A stretch of DNA of 64,000 nucleotides from Chamaesiphon sp. (GCA_965246715.1 CBDFFH010000015.1:160001-224000); one strand, 5' to 3'. Positions 10,592-21,444 are shown, counted from the stretch's first letter. Notes: generated by a model not told the origin, from the letters alone. A program made the numbers and translations.

Positions 10592-11479
10592 ATGAAAAAA
10601 CAAATTTACCTCTGCCTATGGATATCGATCGGGTTACTAACTGCTTGTAGGACGAGTCAGCCACCTAAGACTCCAGTTATGCCGACCGCTCCTACCCCTA
10701 CTCCGCTTGTCGTCGTTCCGACTAGTCCATCCCCAGTCCCGATCGTTTCACCATCACCAGTGGTACCCTCTCCCGTACCTGTAAAAATCCCCCCCGTCCA
10801 ACCGACACCCAAAGCATCACCATTTACAGTGACAGCTTTACCAAAATCGATTTACCCGACCCCTACTCCCGTCGCAATTCCGCTACCCGCAGCACCAGCT
10901 AAAACTAAAGCAAATCCCAAACCCGAACCGCTGACAAAATCGATCGATCCCGCCCAGCAGATTACAACGAATGGCATCGGTAATGCCAAAATCGGCATGA
11001 CATTTAAACAACTCAAGCAGCAGATGGGCACAGGGTTTGAGTTTCCCATTAAAACTAGCTTTATCGAAGGCTTCGACGCGATCGCCGTTACCAAAGCTGG
11101 TACCGTACAGTATTATATTCCTTATCCCGCTGGGACTAATTTTACCGACGCAGATCGGATCGAACACTTGACCACCGATAATCCTAACTATCGTACCGAA
11201 CAAGGTGTTGGGCCGGGCACCTCGATCGCCAGAGCAGCCTCTGTTTATGGCAATGCAACGCTATCGATGAGTAAAGAAAACGAGTCGCGCGAGTTTATTA
11301 GCTTCACCCAGCATCCTAATGGTTTGGCATTTCGTCCCAAACCAGCCAAAACCCGTTCCTTTGCGGGTGACTATCCCGAAAGTAACGACGAGTATCTCAA
11401 AACTCAAAAGTACGACACCAAAGCCGCGATCGGTCAAATAACTGTCTCCTGTGCTGAAGACCAGTGTAATCAGGAATAG
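10592..11479 (+). CDS. Proline-rich lipoprotein
   Basis: ATG at 10592, lipobox LTAC, long Pro-rich linker. Confidence 0.75.
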   Translation: MKKQIYLCLWISIGLLTACRTSQPPKTPVMPTAPTPTPLVVVPTSPSPVPIVSPSPVVPSPVPVKIPPVQPTPKASPFTVTALPKSIYPTPTPVAIPLPAAPAKTKANPKPEPLTKSIDPAQQITTNGIGNAKIGMTFKQLKQQMGTGFEFPIKTSFIEGFDAIAVTKAGTVQYYIPYPAGTNFTDADRIEHLTTDNPNYRTEQGVGPGTSIARAASVYGNATLSMSKENESREFISFTQHPNGLAFRPKPAKTRSFAGDYPESNDEYLKTQKYDTKAAIGQITVSCAEDQCNQE

Positions 11480-11507
11480 AGATTTTGAATTTTGAATTTT
11501 GGATTTT

Positions 11508-11555
11508 GCGACTCGCGCCCGTGGGGTTTCCCGAGGTGAAAAGCGAGTCAAGACA
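11508..11555 (+). repeat. 48-bp GCG...CAAGACA micro-element inserted in a GGATTTT heptamer run
   Basis: Removal restores GGATTTT-GGATTTT; relatives at 14109, 36915 and probably 60056. Confidence 0.75.
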
Positions 11556-11633
11556 GGATTTTGGATTGTCCCCATAATTTATCTATTCTCACTCCCCCAT
11601 TCCCCTACGGTGGTACAGTCCACTCCCCTAAGT

Positions 11634-12230
11634 ATGTCTCCTCTCCGCGTTGGTATTGCTGGCCCTGTTGGTTCTGGTAAAACTGCCTTGCTCGATGGAT
11701 TGTGCAAGCAATTGCGCGATCGTTATCAGTTGGCGGTAGTCACCAATGATATCTACACTCAAGAAGATGCTCAATTTCTGGTCAGAAGTCAGGCATTAGC
11801 GTCGGAGCGAATCGTGGGAGTCGAGACGGGTGGCTGTCCGCATACGGCGATTCGCGAAGATGCCTCGATGAATATTGCCGCGATCGAAAGATTGGAAAGT
11901 CAATTTAGCGATTTAGATATCGTCTTTCTCGAAAGCGGTGGCGATAATCTCGCAGCTACTTTCAGTCCCGAACTAGTAGATTTGACGATCTACACGATCG
12001 ATGTTGCAGGTGGCGATAAAATTCCCCGTAAGGGTGGCCCAGGCATCGTCAAGTCAGATTTATTAGTAATTAACAAGATCGACCTTGCGCCGTATGTCGG
12101 AGCCGATCTTGGCATCATGGAACGCGATACGATAAAAATGCGCGGTGACAAACCGTTTATTTTTACCAACTTAAAAACTGGTATCGGTTTAGCTGAAGTT
12201 GTCAAATTTGTCAGTAATAATTTAACGTGA
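11634..12230 (+). CDS. ureG: Urease accessory GTPase UreG
   Basis: [22 protein letters not shown] at 11634. Confidence 0.95.
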   Translation: MSPLRVGIAGPVGSGKTALLDGLCKQLRDRYQLAVVTNDIYTQEDAQFLVRSQALASERIVGVETGGCPHTAIREDASMNIAAIERLESQFSDLDIVFLESGGDNLAATFSPELVDLTIYTIDVAGGDKIPRKGGPGIVKSDLLVINKIDLAPYVGADLGIMERDTIKMRGDKPFIFTNLKTGIGLAEVVKFVSNNLT

Positions 12231-12397
12231 GATCGGGTTAAGGATATTTGCTTCGATTGAGTCCCGCCACCGATTGAAATCGGGGCTAGCACTGCAAAGT
12301 CCGCCTTCGCGGACTAATATCCTAGTCCGCGAAGGCGGACTTTGCATCACAAGTCGAGACTTCCAGTCTCTATGCTCTTCTTAACCCGAACTCACGT
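12225..12397. mobile_element. MITE with ACGTGAG..CGGGTTAAG terminal inverted repeats (probably IS982-derived)
   Basis: TIRs ACGTGAGATCGGGTTAAG / CTTAACCCGAACTCACGT; 7-bp TAATTTA duplication; internal hairpins. Confidence 0.8.
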
Positions 12398-12426
12398 TAA
12401 TTTAGTTTGATATTTTTTATCTGGCG

Positions 12427-13041
12427 ATGCTCCTGACTCATTATTACGATCGAGCTGCGCGACCTTTGCAAACCTTATCAGCACTAAGCGATCGTGCAGC
12501 GTTAGATCTAATTTACAGTCTTAAAGATCGAACTGGAGCGGTCTATCACCGATTTAAACATCCAGAAAGTTATCTAAAATTGCGCCGCGAGACCGAGCGC
12601 TGGTTGAGAGCCGAATTTATTCGCAAAGGCGGTAAACCAGCTTCGGCTTACCCACATTACTTCGTTGTCGATCGATCGATTTGGATTGAAGAAGGCTATA
12701 ACGGATGTAGCAATAAGCTCCAAATTCCCATTACAGATTTCGATCCCGATCTGGTGAGCTTTACCTATCCCGATAGCATGGTGAGTTATTGGTTGCGAAG
12801 TCAGATCGATCGAGATTATTATCAGCCTGAATATCATGGTCGAGTATTTACTCTAGCTAAAATTCCGGGCATTATCGATCGATTTGGGATCCCAGTCCGA
12901 GAATGGCAAACTGATGCCGATCGAAAATACGATCTATTTATTGAAGCTCAATTCTGCCATACTCTCATCCTGAACCAGTTTGAAGATACTAGTGCTAACC
13001 GTATATCCAGGGTACCCACAAGGGGCACCCCTACAGGTTAA
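12427..13041 (+). CDS. Hypothetical protein; C-terminus reads into a REP hairpin
   Basis: 204-aa ORF with normal composition. Confidence 0.65.
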   Translation: MLLTHYYDRAARPLQTLSALSDRAALDLIYSLKDRTGAVYHRFKHPESYLKLRRETERWLRAEFIRKGGKPASAYPHYFVVDRSIWIEEGYNGCSNKLQIPITDFDPDLVSFTYPDSMVSYWLRSQIDRDYYQPEYHGRVFTLAKIPGIIDRFGIPVREWQTDADRKYDLFIEAQFCHTLILNQFEDTSANRISRVPTRGTPTG

Positions 13042-13071
13042 TTGTGTAGGGGTGCCCCTTGTGGGTACCCT
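13009..13071. repeat. Inverted pair of GTAG-type REP-like units
   Basis: AGGGTACCCACAAGGGGCACCCCTAC ... GTAGGGGTGCCCCTTGTGGGTACCCT. Confidence 0.85.
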
Positions 13072-13198
13072 CAGATCTCTGCTTTTACTAGTCTTTGATG
13101 TATTGGTGCAAGATATGAGGATATTGATTTTCATTCCGAACAGCTTTGCAAACAATCTTAGTTCGATCTCCCAATTGTTTCCTGTTCTCGATCTTTTT

Positions 13199-13981
13199 CT
13201 AGCGGACATATTGCTGTCGGCGAACTTCATATAACATTAACGCCGCCGCAGTTGCAACATTTAATGATTCTACAGCTGCTGACATCGGAATCTTAACTTG
13301 CAGATCGGCTAGTGCTGCCAACTCATCACTCAATCCCGCGCCTTCATTTCCGAGTAAAATTAGTGTCGGCGATCGCAAATCCACATCCCAATAGCTAGTT
13401 TCAGTATACGAAGTGGTGGCAACTACTTGTACCCCCTGTTGTTTGTAACCAGCAACTAATTCTACGAGATTATCGCTGACGCCCATCGCCAAGCGAAACC
13501 ATTGTCCTGCGGAGGCGCGCAGTACCTTGGGATTGTCTAAATCGACGCTATCCTGACTCACCCACAAACCATCGGCACCAGCAGCCGCTGCGGTACGAAT
13601 CATCGTCCCTAAATTACCTGGATCTTGAATGGTAGCTAGGGCGATGGTTAAATTTGCGGGAATGGGGGGTTTTGGTAATGCCAACCGTGGCGCGATCGCG
13701 ATAACTCCATCTGGAGTTACAGTAGTAGCGATCGCTTTCATCACTTCATCGCTGACTAGTTCGACTCGATCGGATCTTTCAACGGCGATCGACCATAATT
13801 CAGGATGGTGTGCTTGCCAATGCTCGGTATAGCATAGCGTTGTCAGCGGATATTTGACCGCAACAGCTTCCTGGATCGGATGTGTCCCCTCAACCAAAAA
13901 TAACTGCGCTTCCCGCCGCTCTTTCGCACTTTGCAGCTTTCTAATTTGCTTGACGAGCGGGTTTTGAGTACTAGTTAACAT
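13199..13981 (-). CDS. TrmH/SpoU-family RNA methyltransferase
   Basis: QDPGNLGT, GNEG, SLNVA SPOUT motifs. Confidence 0.9.
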   Translation of the reverse strand: MLTSTQNPLVKQIRKLQSAKERREAQLFLVEGTHPIQEAVAVKYPLTTLCYTEHWQAHHPELWSIAVERSDRVELVSDEVMKAIATTVTPDGVIAIAPRLALPKPPIPANLTIALATIQDPGNLGTMIRTAAAAGADGLWVSQDSVDLDNPKVLRASAGQWFRLAMGVSDNLVELVAGYKQQGVQVVATTSYTETSYWDVDLRSPTLILLGNEGAGLSDELAALADLQVKIPMSAAVESLNVATAAALMLYEVRRQQYVR

Positions 13982-13987
13982 TATTTA

Positions 13988-14210
13988 GCGTCAGCTCAGG
14001 ATAAGAAGAGCCTGGAGACTGGAAGTCTCGGCTCATAAGGCAAAGTCCGCCTACTCGGACTAAGAAGATAGTCCGCATAGGCGGACTTTGTAACGCTAGC
14101 CCCGATTTGCGAAAAGTGCGGTCTTGGGGTTTCCCCAAGTAGAGCACCTTTTCAAGACATAATCGGTGGTGGTACTAAAACGAAGCGAATAGCCTTAGCC
14201 CGAACTTAGA
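13988..14210. mobile_element. Degenerate inverted copy of the 12225 MITE carrying a 51-bp insertion (14109-14159)
   Basis: Aligns to reverse complement of 12225-12397; TTATTTA duplicated at both sides. Confidence 0.75.
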
Positions 14211-14320
14211 TTATTTAGCGATCGATGTGGTGGAGCATTCTCCACCCTACTATGTAAAACGGTAAGTATTTACCAGCTTCTAACTAATAAGTACTTACCG
14301 CTCTATTGTTGTCGAATATA

Positions 14321-14404
14321 TGCGCGACCCGAGACTCGAACTCGGAAGTCCTTGCGAACACTAGAACCTGAATCTAGCGCGTCTACCAATTCCGCCAGTC
14401 ACGC
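14321..14404 (-). tRNA. trnL: tRNA-Leu(CAG)
   Basis: GCGTGACTGGCGGAATTGGTAGACGCGCTAGATTCAGGTTCTAG...GTTCGAGTC; long variable arm; CCA not encoded. Confidence 0.95.
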
Positions 14405-14569
14405 AAAACACTTGGTTTTTCAACCAGCTCCATATTATCGAATATTTAACTGGTATTTGTCAAGTATTTCAGTAAGTGCAAGCAGAAAATGTATCGCTCA
14501 ATCCCCTCTTAACCTCAAGATAAACCGGACATTAACTGAATCTTTTATCATCCGATCGATGTTGAGGAT

Positions 14570-15097
14570 TTGCTTGTGGAAATCATTACAGCAATTATTG
14601 CAGCTTGGCTTTTACTCCTGCTGGGAGATTTCTTCTCTACGTTTTTCTACCATGTACCCGAGCATGTATTTGGTAAATTTCATTCGATCGTCCATCATGG
14701 TAAAAATCGGAGTTTCTTTCATTACGCCGTTTTGACCAGAAATCCCCTAGTATTTCTCGATGGGATGCTCGGTGCGATCCCCTATTTTATCTTTGTGCCG
14801 TGGCTATGGCAATTGTCTCCAGTTGGCACCCTGATTGGATTGGCATTTGGCGAGTTTCATGTAGTATGGCGACATGTTTCGATTCTCAAATGGAAGACAC
14901 CCAAACCGATCGAACTTCTGTGCAATTTATTGTTTATCACGACACCCGAACGGCATTGGCAACATCACCGTAACGCTTTTGCTGCCTATGGTGATATTTT
15001 CACTTTCTTCGATCCGCCAGCTCAAAAATGGTTGATTTTTCTCCGCTTTGTTCGGCGCAGATTCAAGCAAGTGGCTCCAACAGTTGCCGTTGAATGA
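14570..15097 (+). CDS. Fatty acid hydroxylase / sterol desaturase family protein
   Basis: His boxes HVPEH, HSIVHH, HWQHH. Confidence 0.75.
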   Translation: MLVEIITAIIAAWLLLLLGDFFSTFFYHVPEHVFGKFHSIVHHGKNRSFFHYAVLTRNPLVFLDGMLGAIPYFIFVPWLWQLSPVGTLIGLAFGEFHVVWRHVSILKWKTPKPIELLCNLLFITTPERHWQHHRNAFAAYGDIFTFFDPPAQKWLIFLRFVRRRFKQVAPTVAVE

Positions 15098-15266
15098 TAC
15101 TTCATTACTTCCTGTAAATAAGCCTCAAGCCAGACTGCTTGAGGCTTATTTATCGGCTTGTAAGCGCAGCATTATCGATGAGCGGTTGTCGATGTTGGAG
15201 CTTGTCTGGAAGAGCATCAGCCAAATGTACTATAATCTCTGATATAAATTACACAACATAGACGGG

Positions 15267-15677
15267 ATGTCATCTACCAATCGATCGATGTTAGTCGAAT
15301 TAGATCTGCCGATCCGGACTTATGATATCGATTTTGCTGGGATTGTTAGCAATATTGTTTACGTTCGCTGGTTGGAAGATCTGCGGTTGACAATGTTAGC
15401 GCAATACTACATGCCACTGCCAGCGCTAATTTTAACTGGCGTTGCGCCAATTTTAACTAACACCGAGATTAATTATCAACGGCAATTGACCATCCACGAC
15501 CTCGCATTTGGGCGCATGTGGGTCGAGGAATTGGGGACGCTCCGATGTATCTTAGCTGGCGAAATCCTTAACGGGGAACATTCTGCCGCTCAAGCCAAAC
15601 AAACGGTATTATTTATCAATCTCACTACCCGTCGTCCAGTGAGAATTCCACCAGATTTTATCGCCAGTCTTCAGTGA
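15267..15677 (+). CDS. Acyl-CoA thioesterase (4HBT hotdog fold)
   Basis: DIDFAGIVSNIVY motif. Confidence 0.85.
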   Translation: MSSTNRSMLVELDLPIRTYDIDFAGIVSNIVYVRWLEDLRLTMLAQYYMPLPALILTGVAPILTNTEINYQRQLTIHDLAFGRMWVEELGTLRCILAGEILNGEHSAAQAKQTVLFINLTTRRPVRIPPDFIASLQ

Positions 15678-15690
15678 TAGGAGCGCATTA

Positions 15691-16446
15691 ATGTCAACTA
15701 ATATCCGTTTGATTACGATCCCTGTCAGTCACTATTCTGAAAAAGTCCGGTGGGCACTGGAGTACTTGCAAATTCCATTTCGAGAATTTTCGCACATGCC
15801 GCCGTTTCATCGGAATGCTACTAAAAAATATGGCGGAACGAGTGTGCCCGTTCTCGTTACGAATACACAAGCGATCTGTGATTCGACCGAGATATTACGA
15901 TATTTAGATACGCTCCAACCTGGAAAATTGTATCCTGACGAGCCAGAATTACAGGAACTCAGCACAGAGCTAGAAACTTTGTTTAACAATACTCTGGGCG
16001 TAAATACTCGGCGCTGGGGTTATTCTTATATTCTCACGCCGCAGACGATCTATCCAAAGTGGACTCAAGGTGTGCCGCTCTGGGAAAAATTATTATTTCC
16101 GATTATATTTCCCAAAGTAAAATCGATCGTGCTAGATAGTCTGAATATTGCGGAAACATCAGCGATCGAATCATCTCGAGAAATCGATCGGGTATTCGAT
16201 CGAGTTAATGAAATTTTAGCCGATGGTCGGCAGTATTTATTAGGCGATCAATTTTCGGCGATCGACCTGACCTTTGCCGCACTAGCCGCACCGATCCTTC
16301 AACCGCCAGAACATCACATCCCACCTTCACCCATACAGACATTGCCAACTCAGATGCAAGCTGATATTCGCAATTGTCAGGCGACTCCTGCGGGTGAATT
16401 TGGATTACGCTTATATCGAGAACATCGTCGTCGATCGATCCGATAG
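15691..16446 (+). CDS. Glutathione S-transferase family protein
   Basis: SHYSEKVRWAL, VPVL, DSTEI, FSAIDL. Confidence 0.88.
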   Translation: MSTNIRLITIPVSHYSEKVRWALEYLQIPFREFSHMPPFHRNATKKYGGTSVPVLVTNTQAICDSTEILRYLDTLQPGKLYPDEPELQELSTELETLFNNTLGVNTRRWGYSYILTPQTIYPKWTQGVPLWEKLLFPIIFPKVKSIVLDSLNIAETSAIESSREIDRVFDRVNEILADGRQYLLGDQFSAIDLTFAALAAPILQPPEHHIPPSPIQTLPTQMQADIRNCQATPAGEFGLRLYREHRRRSIR

Positions 16447-16520
16447 ATTCTGTCCATTAAGATCATCTGCGGAAATTTATTGTCAGGGTAACCACAAAGA
16501 TTACCCCGACAACGATCTAG

Positions 16521-16979
16521 TTAGAATCGCAGACCTAATCCGCCACCGACGGTAGTGGAATAGTTAGTACTATCGAACGGAATACTCACAGAACCTTTTA
16601 AAACAACACTATCGGACAAGTTATAATCTGCGCCCGCGATCGCATAACCAGTAGCATTGTTATTACCATTATTATTGCTGACATCAAAGTTGACACCCGC
16701 ACCAACGTAGGGAGTTAAGTCTCGATTGGAGCCAGTTAAGTTGAAGTCATAAGTAGCAGCTGCACCAACGGATGTGCGGCGATCTTGAAAATAAATATTC
16801 GGACGCACTGATAAGTTGTTGGCAATCCCAAACCGAGAATTTACACCATAAGCAGTACCGCCATTATTGCCAAAGATAACTGATGGGCCGATATCATTTT
16901 GGCCGATTTCTGCTTGGGCTGGTTTGACGATCGCAAGGGTAGCAGTCAACGCAGCAATTACGAGGAGTAGTTTTTTCAC
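16521..16979 (-). CDS. Small outer-membrane beta-barrel protein
   Basis: Signal peptide, PYVGAG strand motif, C-terminal Phe. Confidence 0.75.
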   Translation of the reverse strand: MKKLLLVIAALTATLAIVKPAQAEIGQNDIGPSVIFGNNGGTAYGVNSRFGIANNLSVRPNIYFQDRRTSVGAAATYDFNLTGSNRDLTPYVGAGVNFDVSNNNGNNNATGYAIAGADYNLSDSVVLKGSVSIPFDSTNYSTTVGGGLGLRF

Positions 16980-17361
16980 GATCTTATTTTTTTGGGTGAT
17001 TGTAGATTACAAGTAGAAAATAACAACTGAGTTTTCGATCGGTTAGACAATGCGAATGGTTAGCTTTTGGTTATTTCCTACCTTGCTTACTAGCATACTA
17101 GAGCTAATAAAAAGTAGCCTCTAGCTGAGGTCACAACTATTCTGAAACCCAAGCATGACTTTAGTGATACGACCTAACTACCTTCCCTATCTAACCGCCT
17201 AGTTAGGACTGTTACTAAAGTCATCAAGCATCAAAAATAAATATAACTTGTGATAGAAGCTAATTTTTAATATTAGCGATAAAGTCGAGTTAATAGCATT
17301 TAATTTACTCGTTATAGATACCACCTTTTCTATAAGTTAACCTTCAAATAACCACTCGAAC

Positions 17362-17637
17362 ATGTTGAAATTATCTTCAGTTATCGTGGGTCTTGTTGCA
17401 GCCGTGGCAATCGCTCAACCTTCGCTAGCGCTAAGTGCTGCGAGTACTACCGCTAATCCAGTTGCCGCGACGACACCTAGTAGCGATCTCCAAGCCCAAG
17501 TCATCTTCAAAATCGGTACGCCCGAGTATCGGCGTGAAAACATCCGTCGCCGCGAACGCGAACGCGAACGGATTCGGCGACAAGAAGAACGCCGTGCAGC
17601 CCGCCGCGAGTACAACCGCAATTATCGACGGTACTAA
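17362..17637 (+). CDS. Small secreted Arg-rich protein
   Basis: Signal peptide followed by R/E-rich tail. Confidence 0.55.
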   Translation: MLKLSSVIVGLVAAVAIAQPSLALSAASTTANPVAATTPSSDLQAQVIFKIGTPEYRRENIRRRERERERIRRQEERRAARREYNRNYRRY

Positions 17638-17665
17638 GCTGCGCTAATTTCTCGCTGGTTAAACC

Positions 17666-17729
17666 TTGCTGAATTAATGTATGAAAACATCGGTAGGGGC
17701 AATTCATGAATTGCCCCTACCGATGTTTT
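17666..17729. repeat. REP hairpin GTAGGGGCAATTCATGAATTGCCCCTAC inside a partial GGCGTTGCTGAAT-type MITE
   Basis: Same structure as the site occupied by the IS110 at 46108, but empty. Confidence 0.85.
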
Positions 17730-17796
17730 TAGCGTTGCTGAAAATTAGATCGATTGCCTGGTGAAATCCTTACAGAAGGCGATCGACTCAGATCGC

Positions 17797-18801
17797 CTAG
17801 AATTGACGCATGAAGCGGAGATCGCTGGCGTAGAGTCTGCGGATATCGTCGATTTGGTGTAATACCAATGCGAGGCGTTCTACCCCTAATCCAGCCGCAA
17901 ATCCACTATAGACTTCCGGATCGTGACCGACTTTGGTCAGGACATTGGGATCGACCATCCCACAACCCATAATTTCCAGCCAACGACCTTGCCATTGCAC
18001 GTCTACTTCTGCCGAAGGTTCGGTGAAGGGGAAATAACTCGCACGGAAGCGAATCGGTAATTCCATCCCAAACGCCTGGGTCAAAAATTCTTTGATCGTC
18101 CCTTTGAGATCGGTAAAAGTCAGATCGCGATCGATCGCCAAGATTTCAAATTGATGGAATACTGCCGAGTGCGTTGCATCCACCGTATCTCGCCGATAAC
18201 AGCGTCCTGGCGAAATAATCCGAATTGGCGGTTCGTTTTCTTCCATGTAATGGATTTGGACTGAGGAGGTATGCGTGCGGAGCAGATTGCCATCGGGTAG
18301 ATAAAATGTATCTTGCATGTCCCGCGCTGGGTGATCCGGTGGGGTATTGAGCGCTTCAAAGTTATAGTAATCCGTCTCCATTTCTGGCCCGGTTGCGACG
18401 GTATAACCCATCCCCACAAAGATATCGATCGCCCGATCGATCGTCGCATTAATCGGATGTACCCGCCCAACGGGACGATATACTCCTGGCATCGTCACAT
18501 CGAGCGTCTCTGCTGCTAATTGTGCCTGAATTTGGGCGGCTTGAAGGTCGGCTTTGGCCCGATCGAGTCGTTCTTGAATCGCATCTTTGACGACATTTGC
18601 CGCTGCGCCAATCGCCGGACGATCCTCTGCGGCTAATTGTCCCATCCCACGCAAAATGACGGACAGTTCGCCCTTTTTACCGAGATAATTTAATCGTAGT
18701 TGTTCTAATGCTTCTAGCGTCTGTGTTTGTGCGATCGAGTCGAGTGCTGTCGCCTGTAGTGTTGCTAGTTGTTGTTCGAGATCGCTAAGAAGTATCGCCA
18801 T
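17797..18801 (-). CDS. pheS: Phenylalanine-tRNA ligase alpha subunit
   Basis: [23 protein letters not shown] motifs. Confidence 0.97.
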   Translation of the reverse strand: MAILLSDLEQQLATLQATALDSIAQTQTLEALEQLRLNYLGKKGELSVILRGMGQLAAEDRPAIGAAANVVKDAIQERLDRAKADLQAAQIQAQLAAETLDVTMPGVYRPVGRVHPINATIDRAIDIFVGMGYTVATGPEMETDYYNFEALNTPPDHPARDMQDTFYLPDGNLLRTHTSSVQIHYMEENEPPIRIISPGRCYRRDTVDATHSAVFHQFEILAIDRDLTFTDLKGTIKEFLTQAFGMELPIRFRASYFPFTEPSAEVDVQWQGRWLEIMGCGMVDPNVLTKVGHDPEVYSGFAAGLGVERLALVLHQIDDIRRLYASDLRFMRQF

Positions 18802-19288
18802 ACCGGATTTTTACAGTTAACAGTTCGCAGTTACTCAGTTACCAAGTTTTGGCGGTAACTGTTCGCCAACCTAGATCTTAACCGATAATCGCAGTCTACC
18901 CACTGTTGCATGAGTCTCGATCGACTGGTTAGCTCAGAAGCCAATCGTCAATTTTTAGATTTAAGTTACAAAGTATCCCGATCTACCTAAATGGCTAGTG
19001 AATATCTAAATAATCGCGATCGTCGCCAGTATTCCTAGATATTTATACTTATGGTTAGCACCGCTCCACCACAACCTAAAAAAACATTTAAATCTAACAT
19101 CACTACCAGACAACTGGTTGAGATTTGGTCGAGCCTGCCAAATGACTCCACTGAATCAAATTTAGGTCATGCCTTAGTATCTAAAATATTCGGGCATTTA
19201 GGCTACGGTCACGATCGAGTTAAAATCTCACCTAATATTGCTACTGGTGCTGCGCTAATGCCAGATTATTTAATTTATAACGATCTAA

Positions 19289-20193
19289 GAGGATGTTTGA
19301 AAAGTCAGTTGGTAAAAAAGCTCACTCGGTATAGACTACAGATAGATAATGAGTAGTGCTAAGTGAGCAGAATGAGTAAAGCATATCCTAGTAACCTGAC
19401 CACAGACCAATTTGAATTAATTAGTGGGATGATTCCAGCACCAAAGCCAGGTGGTCGTCCACGAGAGGTGGAGATCGCAGAGGTAATCAACGCAATCTTC
19501 TATCTACTGTGTGAAGGATGTCGTTGGCGAGCGTTACCAGGAGATTTCCCAGCATGGCAGACGGTATATACTTATTTTCGAGACTGGCGCAAGGATGGAA
19601 CATGGGTCAAAATCCACGATCGGTTGAGAGCATGGGTAAGAATAGAACAAGAGCGTCAACCCAGCCCATCAGAGGCTGCAATCGATAGCCAAAGTGTCAA
19701 AAGTGCCGCAATGGTCAGTGAGGCAGTTGGTTATGATGCAGGTAAGCAAATCAAGGGCAGAAAGCGGTTTGTGACAGTAGACACACTCGGCTTAGTCTTA
19801 CGGGTATGGGTGACAGCAGCCAATATCACTGAACGAGATGGTGGCATCCAAGTGTTGAAAAAAGTCAAACAAATGGGTCAATCGGTATCTCGACTGCATA
19901 CAATTTGGGTGGATGGTGGTTTTAGTGGTGAGAATTTTCTGCACTTGGTAATGGATGTCTGTCATTGGCTGGTGCAGGTCGTGCTGCGACCAAAAGAACA
20001 TAAAGGATTTGTGCTATTACCTAAGCGTTGGGTTGTCGAACGTACCTTTGGTTGGTTAATGAACTGTCGGCGATTGACCAGAGATTATGAGAAACTACCT
20101 GAAACATCCGAGACATTTATTTATCTGGTGATGATCCGTATAATGGTGCGGCGTTTAGCATAAAATTTGACCAGAAACTTTTCAAACATCCTC
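19289..20193 (+). mobile_element. IS5-family element (IS1031-like group)
   Basis: 17-bp TIRs GAGGATGTTTGAAAAGT / ACTTTTCAAACATCCTC; TAA duplication at 19286-19288 and 20194-20196. Confidence 0.93.
19363..20163 (+). CDS. IS5-family DDE transposase
   Basis: YPSNLT, IDSQSVK, RWVVERTF motifs. Confidence 0.93.
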   Translation: MSRMSKAYPSNLTTDQFELISGMIPAPKPGGRPREVEIAEVINAIFYLLCEGCRWRALPGDFPAWQTVYTYFRDWRKDGTWVKIHDRLRAWVRIEQERQPSPSEAAIDSQSVKSAAMVSEAVGYDAGKQIKGRKRFVTVDTLGLVLRVWVTAANITERDGGIQVLKKVKQMGQSVSRLHTIWVDGGFSGENFLHLVMDVCHWLVQVVLRPKEHKGFVLLPKRWVVERTFGWLMNCRRLTRDYEKLPETSETFIYLVMIRIMVRRLA

Positions 20194-21444
20194 TAAGCCA
20201 AGCACCTACATTAGTTGTAGAGATTAAAAGACGGCTCCCAATCCTAGCAAATGCTAGCGATGCAGCTTTTGTCAGTACCTGTGAAAGGAACGCTCTCTAT
20301 CGAGACGCAGTTGGACTGAGTACTGCACCCAATAATGGTATTCTCCAATATTTAGATGTCACCAAAGTTAAACCAGAGTATTTGGCTGATTATGGGCTGG
20401 TATTTAATGGTGACTTCTTCCAACTGTGGCGACGGGTTGGTGGTTTGATTATGCCACTGACGACCATCAAGCGCGTAAATAAAACTAGCTTACCTAAATT
20501 ATTAAAAGAACTAGCAAAATGCTTGCAAACTCAGCCAGCAGCTCTAGTAACAGCGATTTGGAATCGTAAAGGTGGCGTGGCGAAAACGACTAATACGATT
20601 AATGTTGCCGCTTGTCTGGCACTGGCAGGTAAAAAAGTATTATTAATCGATCTCGATCCACAAAACGATCTGACTACAGGCATCGGCTTGAAAGCTAACT
20701 TTGCACCAACTTACTTCGAGCAAGCTTATGAGAAAATCCAACTGCAACAACTAAATTTTGCCAAGACAATAATTGCCGCAGCGATTCAAACCAAGAATTA
20801 CCCAACTAGCAACCAACAGACGTTTCAATTATCGCTGCTATCCGCAGATAGCATACGGCTTAATGCTATTAATGATACGCTCTATGCCCACAAGCCACAT
20901 GTAATTTTTAATCAGATTCTCGATCTAGTTCGGCATGAATATGATTATATTTTTATCGATTCTTCACCCAAGCACGATCGCCTGACAGAGTGCTTGTTAT
21001 GTACTACTGAAGCGATCTTGCTGCCGCTAGATTCAGGCTGTAAATCATTAAAACACGCGATCGATCTTTCTCAGCAAGTGATTCCCGGCATTCAAGCCAT
21101 GCGAAACAAAGCTGATGATTTTACCCTCGGCCCGTGGAATCTCGGTTTGTTATTTAGTAATTGCCCGAGCGAGATTGCTATTGGTGCTGGCATCCAAAAA
21201 TCGATCGACAAGGTGATTGAGGATAAAGGCTTTACGGGCAAAAAAGTTAATACTCGGATTGTAAATCTAGCCAAGGTCAAAGATGCAGAATTCAAAGAGA
21301 TGCCCGTGGTTTGTTGGCAGAATTCGCCCGTGACTAAACTCTATCACGAGCTAACTCAAGAAGTATTCCTCGGACATAATTGTATAACTGAATAAATTGT
21401 TACAGCTTATCAAAACATCATAGATCGAATAGAGGAAATTAATT

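Larger units (their letters stand above)
19051..21395 (+). pseudogene. PD-(D/E)XK/HsdR_N-like nuclease-ParA ATPase fusion interrupted by IS5
   Basis: Removing the IS and one TAA joins 19051-19288 to 20197-21395 in frame (478 aa): PDYLIYNDLSQAPTLVVEIKR...YGLVFNG...KGGVAKTT. Confidence 0.85.

Noticed and set aside
11499..11633. N-terminal extension of UreG in the ORF track
   Set aside because: It translates repeat DNA; the conserved start is ATG 11634.
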